Below, piece by piece: positions 19,510-29,800 of a stretch of DNA of 62,143 nt. Position 1 is the stretch's first letter, and each line of letters starts with the position of its first letter. The notes below the pieces were generated by a model, which saw only the letters and a list, made by a program, of their open reading frames with translations, made no database searches and was not told the DNA's origin. Made by a program: the position numbers and the translations under genes. Origin of the DNA: an uncultured Prevotellaceae bacterium (lineage in GTDB: Bacteria; Bacteroidota; Bacteroidia; Bacteroidales; Bacteroidaceae); contig CAMNJH010000001.1 in the NCBI GenBank assembly GCA_946541275.1, positions 1 to 62,143 on the forward strand, read 5' to 3'.

Positions 19510-19570
19510 TTATGGGATTATGTGGGTTGATGTGTGTGATGGGAGTATGGGGCATTATGGGAGTAATGAA
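19510..19570. repeat. Degenerate ~9-bp ATGGG array at the transketolase subunit junction
   Basis: ATG(GG) at 19512, 19520, 19530, 19539, 19547, 19557, 19566; contains the stop codon of the N-terminal subunit gene. Confidence 0.7.
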
Positions 19571-20388
19571 GCTATCCTTTCTTCAATCTCCTTGACGGCA
19601 GCTTTGCACTGCTCTTCATTGAGCACACCGTGGTGCCATTTGGCTATGCCCTCCATAAACGAGACACCGCGCCCCTTCGTGGTATTCGAGATGAGCAGAT
19701 GAGGCTTCTTGTTGTCGTAGTCTATGCTGCTGAAGACGCGCAGAATGTCGGCCATGTCGTCGCCATTCATGTCGATGACATCCCAGCCGAAGGCCGTCCA
19801 GCGCTCGCGGATGGAGTCAATGGGCATCACATCCTCCGTGTTGCCTGATATCTGCAGATGGTTGCGGTCAATGATGGCCACCAGGTTGTCCAGGTGGTAG
19901 CGGTTGCCCGCCATGGCAGCCTCATAGATAGAGCCTTCTCCCTGCTCGCCGTCGCCCATGAGCACGTAGGTCTTCCACGACTGCTTGTCCATCTTGGCAG
20001 CTATGGCCATGCCCACTCCGATGCTCAGCCCATGACCCAGTGCTCCGCTGTTCACCTCAATGCCGGGCACCTCAATGGTAGGGTGGCCGCTGAGCACCGA
20101 ACCGAACTGGCCCAGTGTGTCGAGCACCTCGGGCTTGAGGAATCCTTTTGCCTCAAGGGTTACATACAGCGCCTCAACGCAGTGACCCTTCGACAGCACG
20201 AAGCGGTCGCGCTGGGCGGCCTTGGGATTGGCGGGGTCCAGGTTTTTCATCACTTCAAAATACAGTGCAGTCATTACGTTCAGGCACGACAGGTCACCGC
20301 CTATGTGTCCAGCCTTGGCGCGATAAACGACCTCCACCAGGCGCTTGCGGCGCTGCTCGGCCAGCAGTTGTAGTTCTTTTGCGTTCAT
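19555..20388 (-). CDS. Transketolase N-terminal (ThDP-binding) subunit (probable apulose-4-phosphate transketolase A)
   Basis: AGHIGGDLS, RDRFVLSKGH, SGALGHGL, GDGEQGEGSIYEA ThDP motif. Confidence 0.92.
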   Translation of the reverse strand: MNAKELQLLAEQRRKRLVEVVYRAKAGHIGGDLSCLNVMTALYFEVMKNLDPANPKAAQRDRFVLSKGHCVEALYVTLEAKGFLKPEVLDTLGQFGSVLSGHPTIEVPGIEVNSGALGHGLSIGVGMAIAAKMDKQSWKTYVLMGDGEQGEGSIYEAAMAGNRYHLDNLVAIIDRNHLQISGNTEDVMPIDSIRERWTAFGWDVIDMNGDDMADILRVFSSIDYDNKKPHLLISNTTKGRGVSFMEGIAKWHHGVLNEEQCKAAVKEIEERIASLLP

Positions 20389-20408
20389 GAGTCAGAATTA
20401 GATGTTGT

Positions 20409-21365
20409 TCAAATAAAATTAGCTATTATAAGGCCCAGCACTACGAGGGCAACAATTGAGACGAAGAGCATCGCCATGGCAAGGAGTGTAATGAGAATCA
20501 GCTTTTTCCAGCTATAGCCCGAAAGCTGGTGCAAGGGTACAAGGTTGAGAAGGAGCAGGCAGATATTTACAACCGGATTCTCGATGCACAGAAAATCAGA
20601 GATGTTGGAGTAGATGGAATACATGTTCGACGTGTAAATCATGGCTACAACCAGCTCGGAATAGTGCATATTCGGATAGGCTGGGCATTTCCTATAGAAC
20701 AGAAAGAAAAAGAACGAGAGCACTAACAACCAAAACAGCGCAAAGATGTTGGGAAATTTTTTATAGAAGGTGTCGAACAGCTGAGTTATTCTTTTTGCTT
20801 GTTCCTTGGTCTTTTCTATCTTTTCGTTTGTCTCTTCATTCTGGAGTTCCTGAATCTCTTCCTTCCCTACAGCAATGATAGTGCTATCGCTTTTGGCGAC
20901 AAAGCTAATATCATCAGTATATTCTTCGTTATTGTCTTGAGATTCAATTACCTCTTGGTTGCTCAGCGTGTTCTGCAGTTTGATGTTCAGGCCTGAGCCG
21001 ATGAGAAACGAGAGTGTGGCTAGCAGGAAGAATAACTTGAAGGGCGGAAAGTAAGCCATCTGCATGCCGTTCAGATAGTCGCGTATCATGTAGCCAGGGC
21101 GCAGGATGAGGTCGCGTAGCGTGTGGAACATGCCCCGATTGCCCAGCCCCCATACGTCAATGTAGAGCAGCAGAGCCTTCTTAAAGGAGAAACGGCCTAT
21201 TTTTGACGATTGTCCGCAGCGGGGACAGAAGTTGCCCGTGTAGTGGGTGTGGCAGGTGGAGCAGTCGTGCTCCCCGCTTGACATGGGTGCCACCACATGT
21301 GGTGTCTTCTGCCACTGTCGGAATGCAGCGTATCGCTCCTTCAGCTTGCTTCTGTTTATCATCAC
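20409..21365 (-). CDS. DUF3667 domain membrane protein with N-terminal zinc ribbon
   Basis: CSTC...GNFCPRCGQ, TLRDLILRPGYMIRDYLNG, YFPPFKLFF; C-terminal TM helices. Confidence 0.82.
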   Translation of the reverse strand: MMINRSKLKERYAAFRQWQKTPHVVAPMSSGEHDCSTCHTHYTGNFCPRCGQSSKIGRFSFKKALLLYIDVWGLGNRGMFHTLRDLILRPGYMIRDYLNGMQMAYFPPFKLFFLLATLSFLIGSGLNIKLQNTLSNQEVIESQDNNEEYTDDISFVAKSDSTIIAVGKEEIQELQNEETNEKIEKTKEQAKRITQLFDTFYKKFPNIFALFWLLVLSFFFFLFYRKCPAYPNMHYSELVVAMIYTSNMYSIYSNISDFLCIENPVVNICLLLLNLVPLHQLSGYSWKKLILITLLAMAMLFVSIVALVVLGLIIANFI

Positions 21366-21378
21366 TCCTCCACCTATG

Positions 21379-23121
21379 CTACATCAGCTTTCCCTTCTCG
21401 GCCAGCGTGTCGTAGTTATTGTTCAAGTTGCGCCAGTCCACCACGCTTTGGGTGGGAATGGCGTTGATGTACTTCTCAATGTTAGTATAGCCATCACCGT
21501 TGCAGTCCTTCACGGCATCGCTGGCGTCGTTGGGGTTCAGGCCGTTGGCCAGTTCCCATTCGTCGGGCATGCCGTCCAGGTCGGCGTCCTTGTAGGGCTG
21601 CCAGTCACGATACACGGGGTAGCCGCCCATCTGTCGCGGGTCGGTGATGATGCCCTGCTTGTAGGAGTCGTTGGGCAGTCGGCGATACTTGAACAGACCT
21701 TGCTCGTTCTGGCTCTTCGGGTGTAGTCCCCACATGTTGCCGAAGGGATTGTCCTTCACCGTCTTCTCATACTTGTCCACATAATAGGCCACGCCTGTGC
21801 GCACTTCCTCGCAGATGCGCTGATCCACGATGTCGCGGCAGGGAACGGTGGCGCCAGCGTTGCTGAGCACCCAGTCGAAGGCATGCTCAGCGCCCATGAT
21901 GCTGATGGGAGCCATCTCAAAGGGCTCGTTGCTGCGCATCAGAGCCAGTTCGGTGGCATCCATGTCGCCATCCTTGTCGGCCGTCTGTATGCCGCCCTTC
22001 CAGTTGTCCTTCGTTATCTCGGGATAGCCCTCCATGATGTTGCCCACGGCATAGATTCGTCCGAACTGCTTAAAGGGGAACAGTCCCTGCGAGCGGCTTT
22101 CGCTCTTGATGATGCGATGACCCACGGCGCTCTCCTTTGGTGTGAGCGGGCCGGGCTTATAGTAGTTGTTGATGAAGTTCGACATGGTGCTGTACTCGCC
22201 GCCGTCAGCAGTGCGGTGCACCCAGTTGTAGACCACGTTGTTCACGAAGTTGAACACGCCGCCCCAGCCGATACTGGGGTTACGGCCTGTATTGTCGGCC
22301 CAGAGATTGCGCATGAAGGTGGTGTTCTCGCCACCGATGGTGGAGCCAAAAGAGTGGTTCCAGGTGTCGAGTGCCTTGGCGGAGATGGTGTTCTGGATGG
22401 TGACGTTCACCGTGGGCGACTTGCGCTTCTCCTTTCCGTCGTTCAGGTCGAACATGTGGCGATAGAAGGAGATATTCTCATCCAGGCCCCATTCACACGA
22501 GCAGTGGTCAATCATGATATTGCCCACGGGGTTGCCTCCGAACGAGTCCTCACGATGCCACACCAGGGTCTCGCCGCGGCGGAAGCGCATGTGGCGCACA
22601 ATGACGTCGTGGGTGTCCACCTGAAACGATTCGCCGGCTATGATGACGCCGTCACCGGGGGCAGTCTGCCCGGCAATGGTGATATAAGGAGCGCGCACGA
22701 AGATGGGCGACTTCAGGCGGATGATGCCCGAGACGTTGAATACCACGATGCGGGCACCGCCCTGCTCACAGGCCCAGCGGAAAGAGCCGGGGCCAGAATC
22801 ATTGAGGTTGCTCACGGTGAGCACTTTGCCGCCGCGGCCTCCGAAGGTGTACATGCCACCGCCCTCAGCGCCGGGGAAGGCGGGAATCTTGGCTTGGCGC
22901 AGGTCGTAGGGGCGTGATGCCCAGGGCACGTAGGGACGTCCCTGCTTGGCCTCTTCCACCACGATAGGGAAGGCTGCCTGCCAGGCAGAGTCGGCGTGGG
23001 CATTCCATTGCTTCTCAAGTGACCCGATGAGCGCAGAGGCTTCTTCAGTCAGCTGGGGGTACTGTGCCTGTGCGGTGATGGCTGTCAGCAGCGAGCAGGC
23101 GATGAAGGTCAGTTTTTTCAT
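21379..23121 (-). CDS. Polysaccharide lyase family 1 (PL1, subfamily-2 type; resembles RG-II backbone lyase)
   Basis: IPAFPGAEGGGMYTFGGRGG, ITIAGQTAPGDG, IDHCSCEWGLDE, GRNP, NFINNYYKPGP, DADLDGMPDEWE; signal peptide. Confidence 0.9.
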   Translation of the reverse strand: MKKLTFIACSLLTAITAQAQYPQLTEEASALIGSLEKQWNAHADSAWQAAFPIVVEEAKQGRPYVPWASRPYDLRQAKIPAFPGAEGGGMYTFGGRGGKVLTVSNLNDSGPGSFRWACEQGGARIVVFNVSGIIRLKSPIFVRAPYITIAGQTAPGDGVIIAGESFQVDTHDVIVRHMRFRRGETLVWHREDSFGGNPVGNIMIDHCSCEWGLDENISFYRHMFDLNDGKEKRKSPTVNVTIQNTISAKALDTWNHSFGSTIGGENTTFMRNLWADNTGRNPSIGWGGVFNFVNNVVYNWVHRTADGGEYSTMSNFINNYYKPGPLTPKESAVGHRIIKSESRSQGLFPFKQFGRIYAVGNIMEGYPEITKDNWKGGIQTADKDGDMDATELALMRSNEPFEMAPISIMGAEHAFDWVLSNAGATVPCRDIVDQRICEEVRTGVAYYVDKYEKTVKDNPFGNMWGLHPKSQNEQGLFKYRRLPNDSYKQGIITDPRQMGGYPVYRDWQPYKDADLDGMPDEWELANGLNPNDASDAVKDCNGDGYTNIEKYINAIPTQSVVDWRNLNNNYDTLAEKGKLM

Positions 23122-23124
23122 GTG

Positions 23125-26100
23125 TCAGTTATTATTAATGATTTTACCATTCTGAATATAGAGTCCCTTCGTGGGGTGTGCCACGCGGATGCCTTGCAGG
23201 GTGAAGATTGCCGACGGCTTGGCGGGCTGCGCTTTGGGCTGGCTGATGGCTGTCATGTGGCTGTTGTTGGTGACGGCCACACAGAGGCGGCGCTTCAGTT
23301 GTGCGCCGTCAGCATCTTCCACAGCTAGTATCAGTTCGGCCAATGCCGATGCCTGACTGGCCTTCACCGTGAGGTAATGGGTGTTGGCATCGAGCTCCCA
23401 TTCCAGCAGATTGCCTTCCACGCTGAAGTGTGGATTGTTGGTATAGCCAAGGAACAGGGCGGGCAGGAAGACCGTAGTCTCGCTGCCGGGCTGCAGCCAC
23501 AGGTGTGGCTGGGCCATGAAGTCCAGATAACGCTCCAGCTCAGTATAGCCGTCGCCCTCGCTGTCGCGGTTGGTGTCGGCATAGTTCAATGTGCGCGAGC
23601 GGGGATTGGTGCCGCGCAGCTCCTCCCACCAGTTGGGCAGTCCGTCGTTGTCCTGGTCATAGTCGGCAGGCCAGGCGCCTTCGGGATAGTCCTCGAAGCC
23701 TCCGGCATCTTCCTCGCTGTCAATCTCGCCCTTGATGCCCGACTTGGAGCCCAGGTAGGTGTAGCTGCGGTTCTGCGTCTCGCTGACGATACGGCGGTCG
23801 GTCAGGTCCTGCTCAGGCATGTTGGCACCTACGTCGCTGAGCACACTCTTGTAGGCATCGCGTGCCGTCTCAATGTGGGCATAGCTGGGCCAGAATGGCT
23901 TGTCCACAAAGTACTGCCAGTCCACGCTGGGCCGCCCGTCGCGGATGTTCATGCGGTAGGTGACGCCCTGCTTGTCATCGGTCAGCGAGCCATTCTTATT
24001 GTCGCGCACGTTGCCCGTGACGTAGGCGCTCTGCGTGCCTTTCAGGTTTCCTTCAATGTCGAGGCTGAACAGGAAAGTCTCGCGCGTGTCGGGGCCCATT
24101 TTGTAGTAGTTGTTCACGAAGTTCACCTCGTGAGCTCCACCGTCGGTGGTGCGCCCGTTCCAGTTGTAGACCACGTTGTTGAAAATGTCCAGCCTTCCGG
24201 CATACTCGCCGTTGGCGTTCGTTCCGCCGCCCATGCTCCAGTTGCGCCCGTTGCAGTTGGCCAGAAGGTTGTGGTGGAACGAGCCCACGTCGCCGCCAAT
24301 GGTGGCCGCATAGCCGTGGTTGGTGCCTTCAGCGTAGTTGCGATGGCCGGCAATGCCCAGTGCCTCGCTGATGATGCTGCGCTGGAAGGTGATGTTGCGC
24401 GAGGAACGGCTTGAGAAGGTCTCGTCGGTGCCCCACGAGGCGGTGATATGGTCCAGGATGGTGTGGTCGCTGTAGACGGTGCCCAGGGCGTTGCCCGTAT
24501 CGTCGGGCGTGCCCAGTCCGCGGCGTGCCCGCAAGAAGCGCACAATGTTGTCGCTGCCCACGCCAAGGTCGCTATGCTTGATGCAGATGCCCTTGCCGGG
24601 AGCAGTCTGTCCGGCGATGGTGACGAAGGGGTCGGTCCAGATGGTCTGGAAGCCCAGGTCGATGATGCCGCTCACCTTGAACAGCACGGTGCGTGGCCCC
24701 TGTCCGTTGGTAAGCGCCCAGCGCAGTGAGCCCGGGCCTTCGCTGTTCAGGTTTGACACGTAGACCACCTTTCCGCCGCGTCCGCCACGGGCAAAGCGCC
24801 CATAGCCCTCAGCACCGGGGAAGGCCAGGTGGCGGGGTTGGAAGCTCCACACGTCGCCCGCCGTGGCGAGTCCGTTGGCATCCACGCGGTCTATGCGCCA
24901 GTAGTAGGTCTGCATAGAGTTGAGAGGCAGCTCAGCGGTAAGCATAAGGCTGGTCTCGGTGCCCAGGGTGGCCTGTGCGCTGGTGGGCGTGGCGTTGGCA
25001 ATGGCCAGCGAGTCCGTGCCGAAATAGAAGTACTGTGACACGGTCTTCCCGTCGCGGGCAGCCGTCCAGCTGAGCTGGGGAGTGTCCATGTCGGCATGTG
25101 TGTCGCCATTGGCAGGCACAGGGTTGGTGGCCAGCATGCTCACCTCGCGTGGGTTCTCCACATCGGGCGTTGTCAGGGTGTAGTTGTGTATGGGGGTGGT
25201 AGTTTGCAAATCCCCAGTAGCGGTGCTGAACTGCCATTGGCAGGCGCCTGCTATCTGCTGGGCGTTGGCGTTGAGCAGGTTGAGGAAGTCGGCCGTCAGC
25301 ATCTGCTCCTGGTCCATGAGCTGGCAGCCCACGGTGGTGCCCTTGTCCTGAGCGGGCCACACGGCATCAGCAGCCGAGGCCGAGGTGAAATAGCAGTTGC
25401 GCACGATGGAGCCCTCGCTGTTGGTGGCGGTCACGCCGCCCCGGTTCTCGCGGTTGCGCAGGGTGATGGTAGCGGTGGTATAGCAGTTTTCCACCACCAC
25501 TTCGTTCAGGTCGCCATTGCCTATGCGCCCTACGATGGCTCCCATGTCGTTCTTGCCGTCCAGGTGGCCGGTGACATAGCAGTTCTGCACTTTCGTGGTG
25601 CCCAGAGCCTGGGCAATGATGCCGCCACTGTTCGAGCCCCAGCCGAAGATATGGCTGTCGGCCACATAGCAGTTGATGATGCGTGAGTTGATGGCACGGG
25701 CAGCAATGCCGCCCAGATAGGCGCCAGCATAGGAGAACATGTCGCGCAGGCCCAGATTGCGCACCTCGGCATTCTCCAGTACACGGAACAGGGCAATGTA
25801 GTTGGTACCCTGGGCCGAGGTCATGTAGATGCCGCTGATGCAGTGGCCATCGCCGTCGAGCACGCCCTGGAAGGCGGTGTAGTCAGTCTCGCTTGAGAAG
25901 GAACCGATGGCAGGCGTCTCGGGGAAGGCCTTCCCGCCCTGCAGGGTGGAAAGGTCCTGCTGCATCACGCCCTCGTTGATGACGATGTCCTGCGTCAGAC
26001 GGAAATAGCGGCCCAGGCTGAAATCTTTCTCCGAGGCCACATCGCTGGCCAGTTTGGCCAGTTCGGCTCCATTTGAAATCAGAAAGGGTGCTTCTTTCGT

Positions 26101-26220
26101 GCCGTCACCGCCGGCATAGCTCTGGGCCACGGTGTGCCCATCCCACGATTGTGCATGGGAAGTGCATACCAAGAACAATAATGGCAGCAGCTGGCAGCAG
26201 CGTCTTAGTAGTAGTTTCAT
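23125..26220 (-). CDS. Multidomain PL1 pectate lyase: GLUG-type beta-helix + Fn3-like + PL1 + T9SS-type C-terminal domain
   Basis: YAGGDGTKEAPFLIS/FQGVLDGDGHCISG; YYWRIDRV; LAFPGAEGYGRFARGGRGG, TIAGQTAPGKG, DHITASWGTDE; C-terminus IFTLQGIRV...KGLYIQNGK. Confidence 0.9.
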   Translation of the reverse strand: MKLLLRRCCQLLPLLFLVCTSHAQSWDGHTVAQSYAGGDGTKEAPFLISNGAELAKLASDVASEKDFSLGRYFRLTQDIVINEGVMQQDLSTLQGGKAFPETPAIGSFSSETDYTAFQGVLDGDGHCISGIYMTSAQGTNYIALFRVLENAEVRNLGLRDMFSYAGAYLGGIAARAINSRIINCYVADSHIFGWGSNSGGIIAQALGTTKVQNCYVTGHLDGKNDMGAIVGRIGNGDLNEVVVENCYTTATITLRNRENRGGVTATNSEGSIVRNCYFTSASAADAVWPAQDKGTTVGCQLMDQEQMLTADFLNLLNANAQQIAGACQWQFSTATGDLQTTTPIHNYTLTTPDVENPREVSMLATNPVPANGDTHADMDTPQLSWTAARDGKTVSQYFYFGTDSLAIANATPTSAQATLGTETSLMLTAELPLNSMQTYYWRIDRVDANGLATAGDVWSFQPRHLAFPGAEGYGRFARGGRGGKVVYVSNLNSEGPGSLRWALTNGQGPRTVLFKVSGIIDLGFQTIWTDPFVTIAGQTAPGKGICIKHSDLGVGSDNIVRFLRARRGLGTPDDTGNALGTVYSDHTILDHITASWGTDETFSSRSSRNITFQRSIISEALGIAGHRNYAEGTNHGYAATIGGDVGSFHHNLLANCNGRNWSMGGGTNANGEYAGRLDIFNNVVYNWNGRTTDGGAHEVNFVNNYYKMGPDTRETFLFSLDIEGNLKGTQSAYVTGNVRDNKNGSLTDDKQGVTYRMNIRDGRPSVDWQYFVDKPFWPSYAHIETARDAYKSVLSDVGANMPEQDLTDRRIVSETQNRSYTYLGSKSGIKGEIDSEEDAGGFEDYPEGAWPADYDQDNDGLPNWWEELRGTNPRSRTLNYADTNRDSEGDGYTELERYLDFMAQPHLWLQPGSETTVFLPALFLGYTNNPHFSVEGNLLEWELDANTHYLTVKASQASALAELILAVEDADGAQLKRRLCVAVTNNSHMTAISQPKAQPAKPSAIFTLQGIRVAHPTKGLYIQNGKIINNN

Positions 26221-26254
26221 CGCTAACGGGCGTTATAGTTGTTTGTTAATTCTG

Positions 26255-26262
26255 CAAAGGTA
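26255..26262 (-). promoter_or_regulatory. -7 promoter box for the PL1-PL1-DUF3667-transketolase-kinase operon
   Basis: caaaggta = TACCTTTG on -, ~35 bp upstream of ATG 26220. Confidence 0.7.
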
Positions 26263-26382
26263 CAAATAAAAGGTAAATATTCCAAATTTTCTGCCTTAAA
26301 AACAATAAAGACGCCTCAGTTTGCCACTTACACCGCTCCAGCCGCCAAGGCTCTGCACGGATGGAGGACTATTGGCAATCCA

Positions 26383-26778
26383 ACGCGTGCGCGCGCGTAA
26401 ATAAGAGGGAAAAAGAAGTGCTACTGGTGCTACCAGGCCAGTTAACTTCCTTTGGTTCAGAATTATGCGGGTGCATTTTCTCTCGAAAAAAGTGCTACCG
26501 AAGGTGCTACTGAAGTGAAAGAATGAAGCAGCAACAGGGGCAAGCGATTATTCCAAAAAACTCGTTGACTTTTTCCAAAAACTCGTTGACTTTTTCCAAA
26601 AACTCGTTGACTTTTTTCCATACAATGGCATTCTTCTGGAAAAATGCACCAGTAGCACTTTCGGTAGCACTTTTCTTGAGAGGAAATGCACCCAAAAGTT
26701 ATTGTCATTCAGTAGGTTATCACGGCCAGTAGCACTTGTAGCACTTCTTTTTTGCCTTATATTTACGCGCGCACGCGT
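26383..26778. mobile_element. TGCTAC-arm palindromic intergenic element, copy B
   Basis: Left end acgcgtgcgcgcgcgtaaataa...aaaaagaagtgctac mirrors right end gtagcacttcttttt...atatttacgcgcgcacgcgt; inner gggtgca/tgcaccc and aagtgctaccgaa/ttcggtagcactt; three 21-bp units aaaaactcgttgactttttcc (26556-26618). Confidence 0.7.
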
Positions 26779-26823
26779 GAGAGCACTTCAACCGGTCACT
26801 CATTTCCTGACCTAAGGAAATGG

Positions 26824-26856
26824 AAAAAGGCCCGCTCCCTTGCGGGGGCGAGCCTT
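26824..26856 (-). terminator. Rho-independent terminator of the 1625-aa gene
   Basis: aaggcccgctccc/ggggcgagcctt stem with A-run on + (U-run on -), ~30 bp past the stop. Confidence 0.7.
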
Positions 26857-26886
26857 GCTATAGTTGGAAAGAATGTTCAGGGAAGA

Positions 26887-29800
26887 TTACTTCACGATGA
26901 ACTTCTTGCCGTTCTGGATGTAGAGCTGACCCTTCTGCAGCGTGCTCACCTTCTGACCGTTCAGGTTGTAGATGGCAGCGTTGGCAGTAGTGGTCTGAAC
27001 ATTCTCGATGCCCACGGTAACAATCTGCTCGGCAATGCTAACCTCGGTGATAGGCTCCACATCGGGACCATACTTGTAGTTGAAGCCGTAGAAGCCCAGC
27101 TTAGAACCGTCGCAGTAGAACTTGTAGGCCTTGCCAGCCTCCACGTTGAACTGAACGGGGCCGTAGTACTTCTCAGATACAGTGTTGTTATCGAAGACAG
27201 GATTCTGCTCACCGTCAACAGTGAGGTGGAACTTCTTGTCAGCGTTCAGCACAATAGCAGCAGCAATAACACCGTCGTACTTGGGAACGATGGTGTAGAA
27301 CGTACCACCAGGCTTGTTGCCATTGGTGCCGTTACCACCGGTAGAAGCGGTGTAGCCCCACTCGCTGGCATGCTCATCAGCAACAGCAGCGTTGAAGTCG
27401 TTGCCGCCTTCCTCACCATACTGGATGGTAGCCACAACCTCTTCGTTGGGCTTCACTTCGACAATCTGTCCGCTGGTGAAGGTGTCGCCCTCAACGAGTG
27501 CATAGGTCACGTCGCCAGCAGGAGCGTCGGCTTTCTTGTCCAGCTTAGCATAGGTGACGTTGTCGGCAATGAACCAGCCACCATTATTGAAGGTAGGCAC
27601 GCAGACAGTCAGATTCAGCTTGCCGTCCTCACCCACGTAGGTCATGACGCCACAGCCATAATTATCAGCAGCGAAGGACTCGGCAGCCTCTGCCATGCTG
27701 TTGGGCTTGTAAATGACTTTGCCTTCAGCATCAGTGCTCTCAGTGTAAGCAGCACCCCAGCTCAGAATCTGAGCCCTGTTGCCGTTGGCATCAATGTAAG
27801 AGGTAGAGAGGTTGTAGCCCTTCTTATAGAGCTCAGCCACCTTCTCGTTCCAACCGTCACGATAGAATCCCTGCATACCAACGAGGTAGAGACCGGGCTC
27901 CAGACCTTCCACAGTCTGAGTGAAGCTGCCAGTACCCTGGTAGATTTCAGTACCGAATTCATTGGTAACGGCATTCGAGCCGTTGCGCTTTGGAGTGAAC
28001 TGCCATGCACTGCCAGTCTTGAAGGTCAGTTGCTTCTCTTCACCAGGTTCGAGCTCGTCAATGTCGGCAGCTTCGTAGCCAGCAGCAATCATAGCAGAAG
28101 CGTTCTCCAGGAGGTCCTTTTCCTTGACAATAGCATCGCGCTCTTCCTGACTGAGGAACTGCCAGACAGTCTGGGCCTCGTCGGCGCAGTTGGCATCTTC
28201 GCCATCGCCTACGATGGCGTTACCAGCGATGGCATACTTGTCAGCATCGTCCTTCAGATAGATGTACATGCGGTTGTCTTCAACTGGGCGGTTGGCGTTG
28301 CGCAGGAAGAAACCACCAGTGGTAGCTTCGAGGTAGTAGCTGCGTGCACGGTCGCCCGAGCAGTCGGCATACATCCAGTAGTCGTCACCGTAGCAGGTGC
28401 CTTCCCAGTCGATGAGGTTCAGCGTGTACTTGCCGTCGGCCTCAGTCACGTTGAAGGGCAGACCGTAGTCGTCACCCACAGCGCGGGTACCCCAAGAGTC
28501 GCCGCGGCTGAGGAACTTGCCTGAGAATGCATTGTAGATGTACTTAGCCGTGGTGGGCTTGAATGTCAGCTCAATGGTCCAGCGAGGATCGCCAGGATTA
28601 GCGCTGATAGGATTCTCAGTGAACAGCGTGCCGTTGAAGTTGCCATCGGCCAGACCTGCGAAGGTAGCGCCGTTGGTAGCGATGCTGTTCTGTACAGGCT
28701 CGTCGCTGTCGCCAGTGCTCTCATCAGCGCTGGTATCCTTCAGCTCGCCATTTTCGTTAGCATACAGGAAGACATTGCCGTTGACAGTCCACTTCGGGTT
28801 CTTGCCGCTCTGGCCCTGGTTGATACCCTTGACCACCTGACCGCTCTTGCCAACATTCATGAAGATGTTGTTGCGCAGGTAGTAGGCAATCCAGGTCTGG
28901 TTGGCCTGACGGTGGGTGTAGAAGTTCTTACCCACGGCGATGTTGTAGAGCGTAGAGTTGTCGATGGCGAAGTTCTGAGTGGTAAAGCCAGCCTCAGTAG
29001 CCTTGTTGCCGCTCTGCGTGCTGAACAGAGATGCCTCACTGGCGGGATCAGCAAAGATGGTAGACTTCTTGATGTTGAAGGCACCGATGGCACCACCACC
29101 ATTGAAGTCGAAGGCAACCTTATTGCTGCCTACCAGCTTGATGACGCTGTTCTCAACGAGCAGCTCGCTGATCTGGTTCTTCACCTTGTTGCCATAGACG
29201 AGCTGCTGGGCTACGCCCTTGACGTTCATATTGAGGAACTTGATGGCGCCCATGTTGTAGAAGCCATTGCTCTGCATCTTGTATTCGTTGCCAGCAAGGG
29301 TGATGACGGGAGCGTTGAGGTCGGTAGCGTCGATGTTAACGCCGTTGAACTCGATGCTGCCACCCAGGGTCATGCCGTTCTTGACAACGATAGTAGCTGC
29401 GCCAGCGTCGATGTCGCTACCATTGAGGAAGCGCACGGGAGCGGTGGTGTTCAGCTCGGCGGTGGTGGGATACTCACCAGCCTCCCAGAAGCTCACCTCG
29501 ATGCTGCTGGGCTGCTCGCTCTGTTCGAGGGCAGCGTTGATAGCAGCGATGAAGTCGGTGTTCTCGCTCTTGTCAACCTCAATCTTGATGGCGTCAGTAG
29601 CATAAGGAACAAGCCAGCGGGGGTCGCCGATCATGTTCTTGGCCTGCTGAGAAGAGGCGGTCACGGTGAACTTGCCAGCCAGGGCGTTTGCCAGCGTGAA
29701 GGGCACACCGGCCACGGGGTTCACGATTTCCTCGGCCTCGTCACTGGTGGCCTGAGCGTCGTTGATGTTGGACAGTACGTCAATAGCTTCGTCGCCTTCG

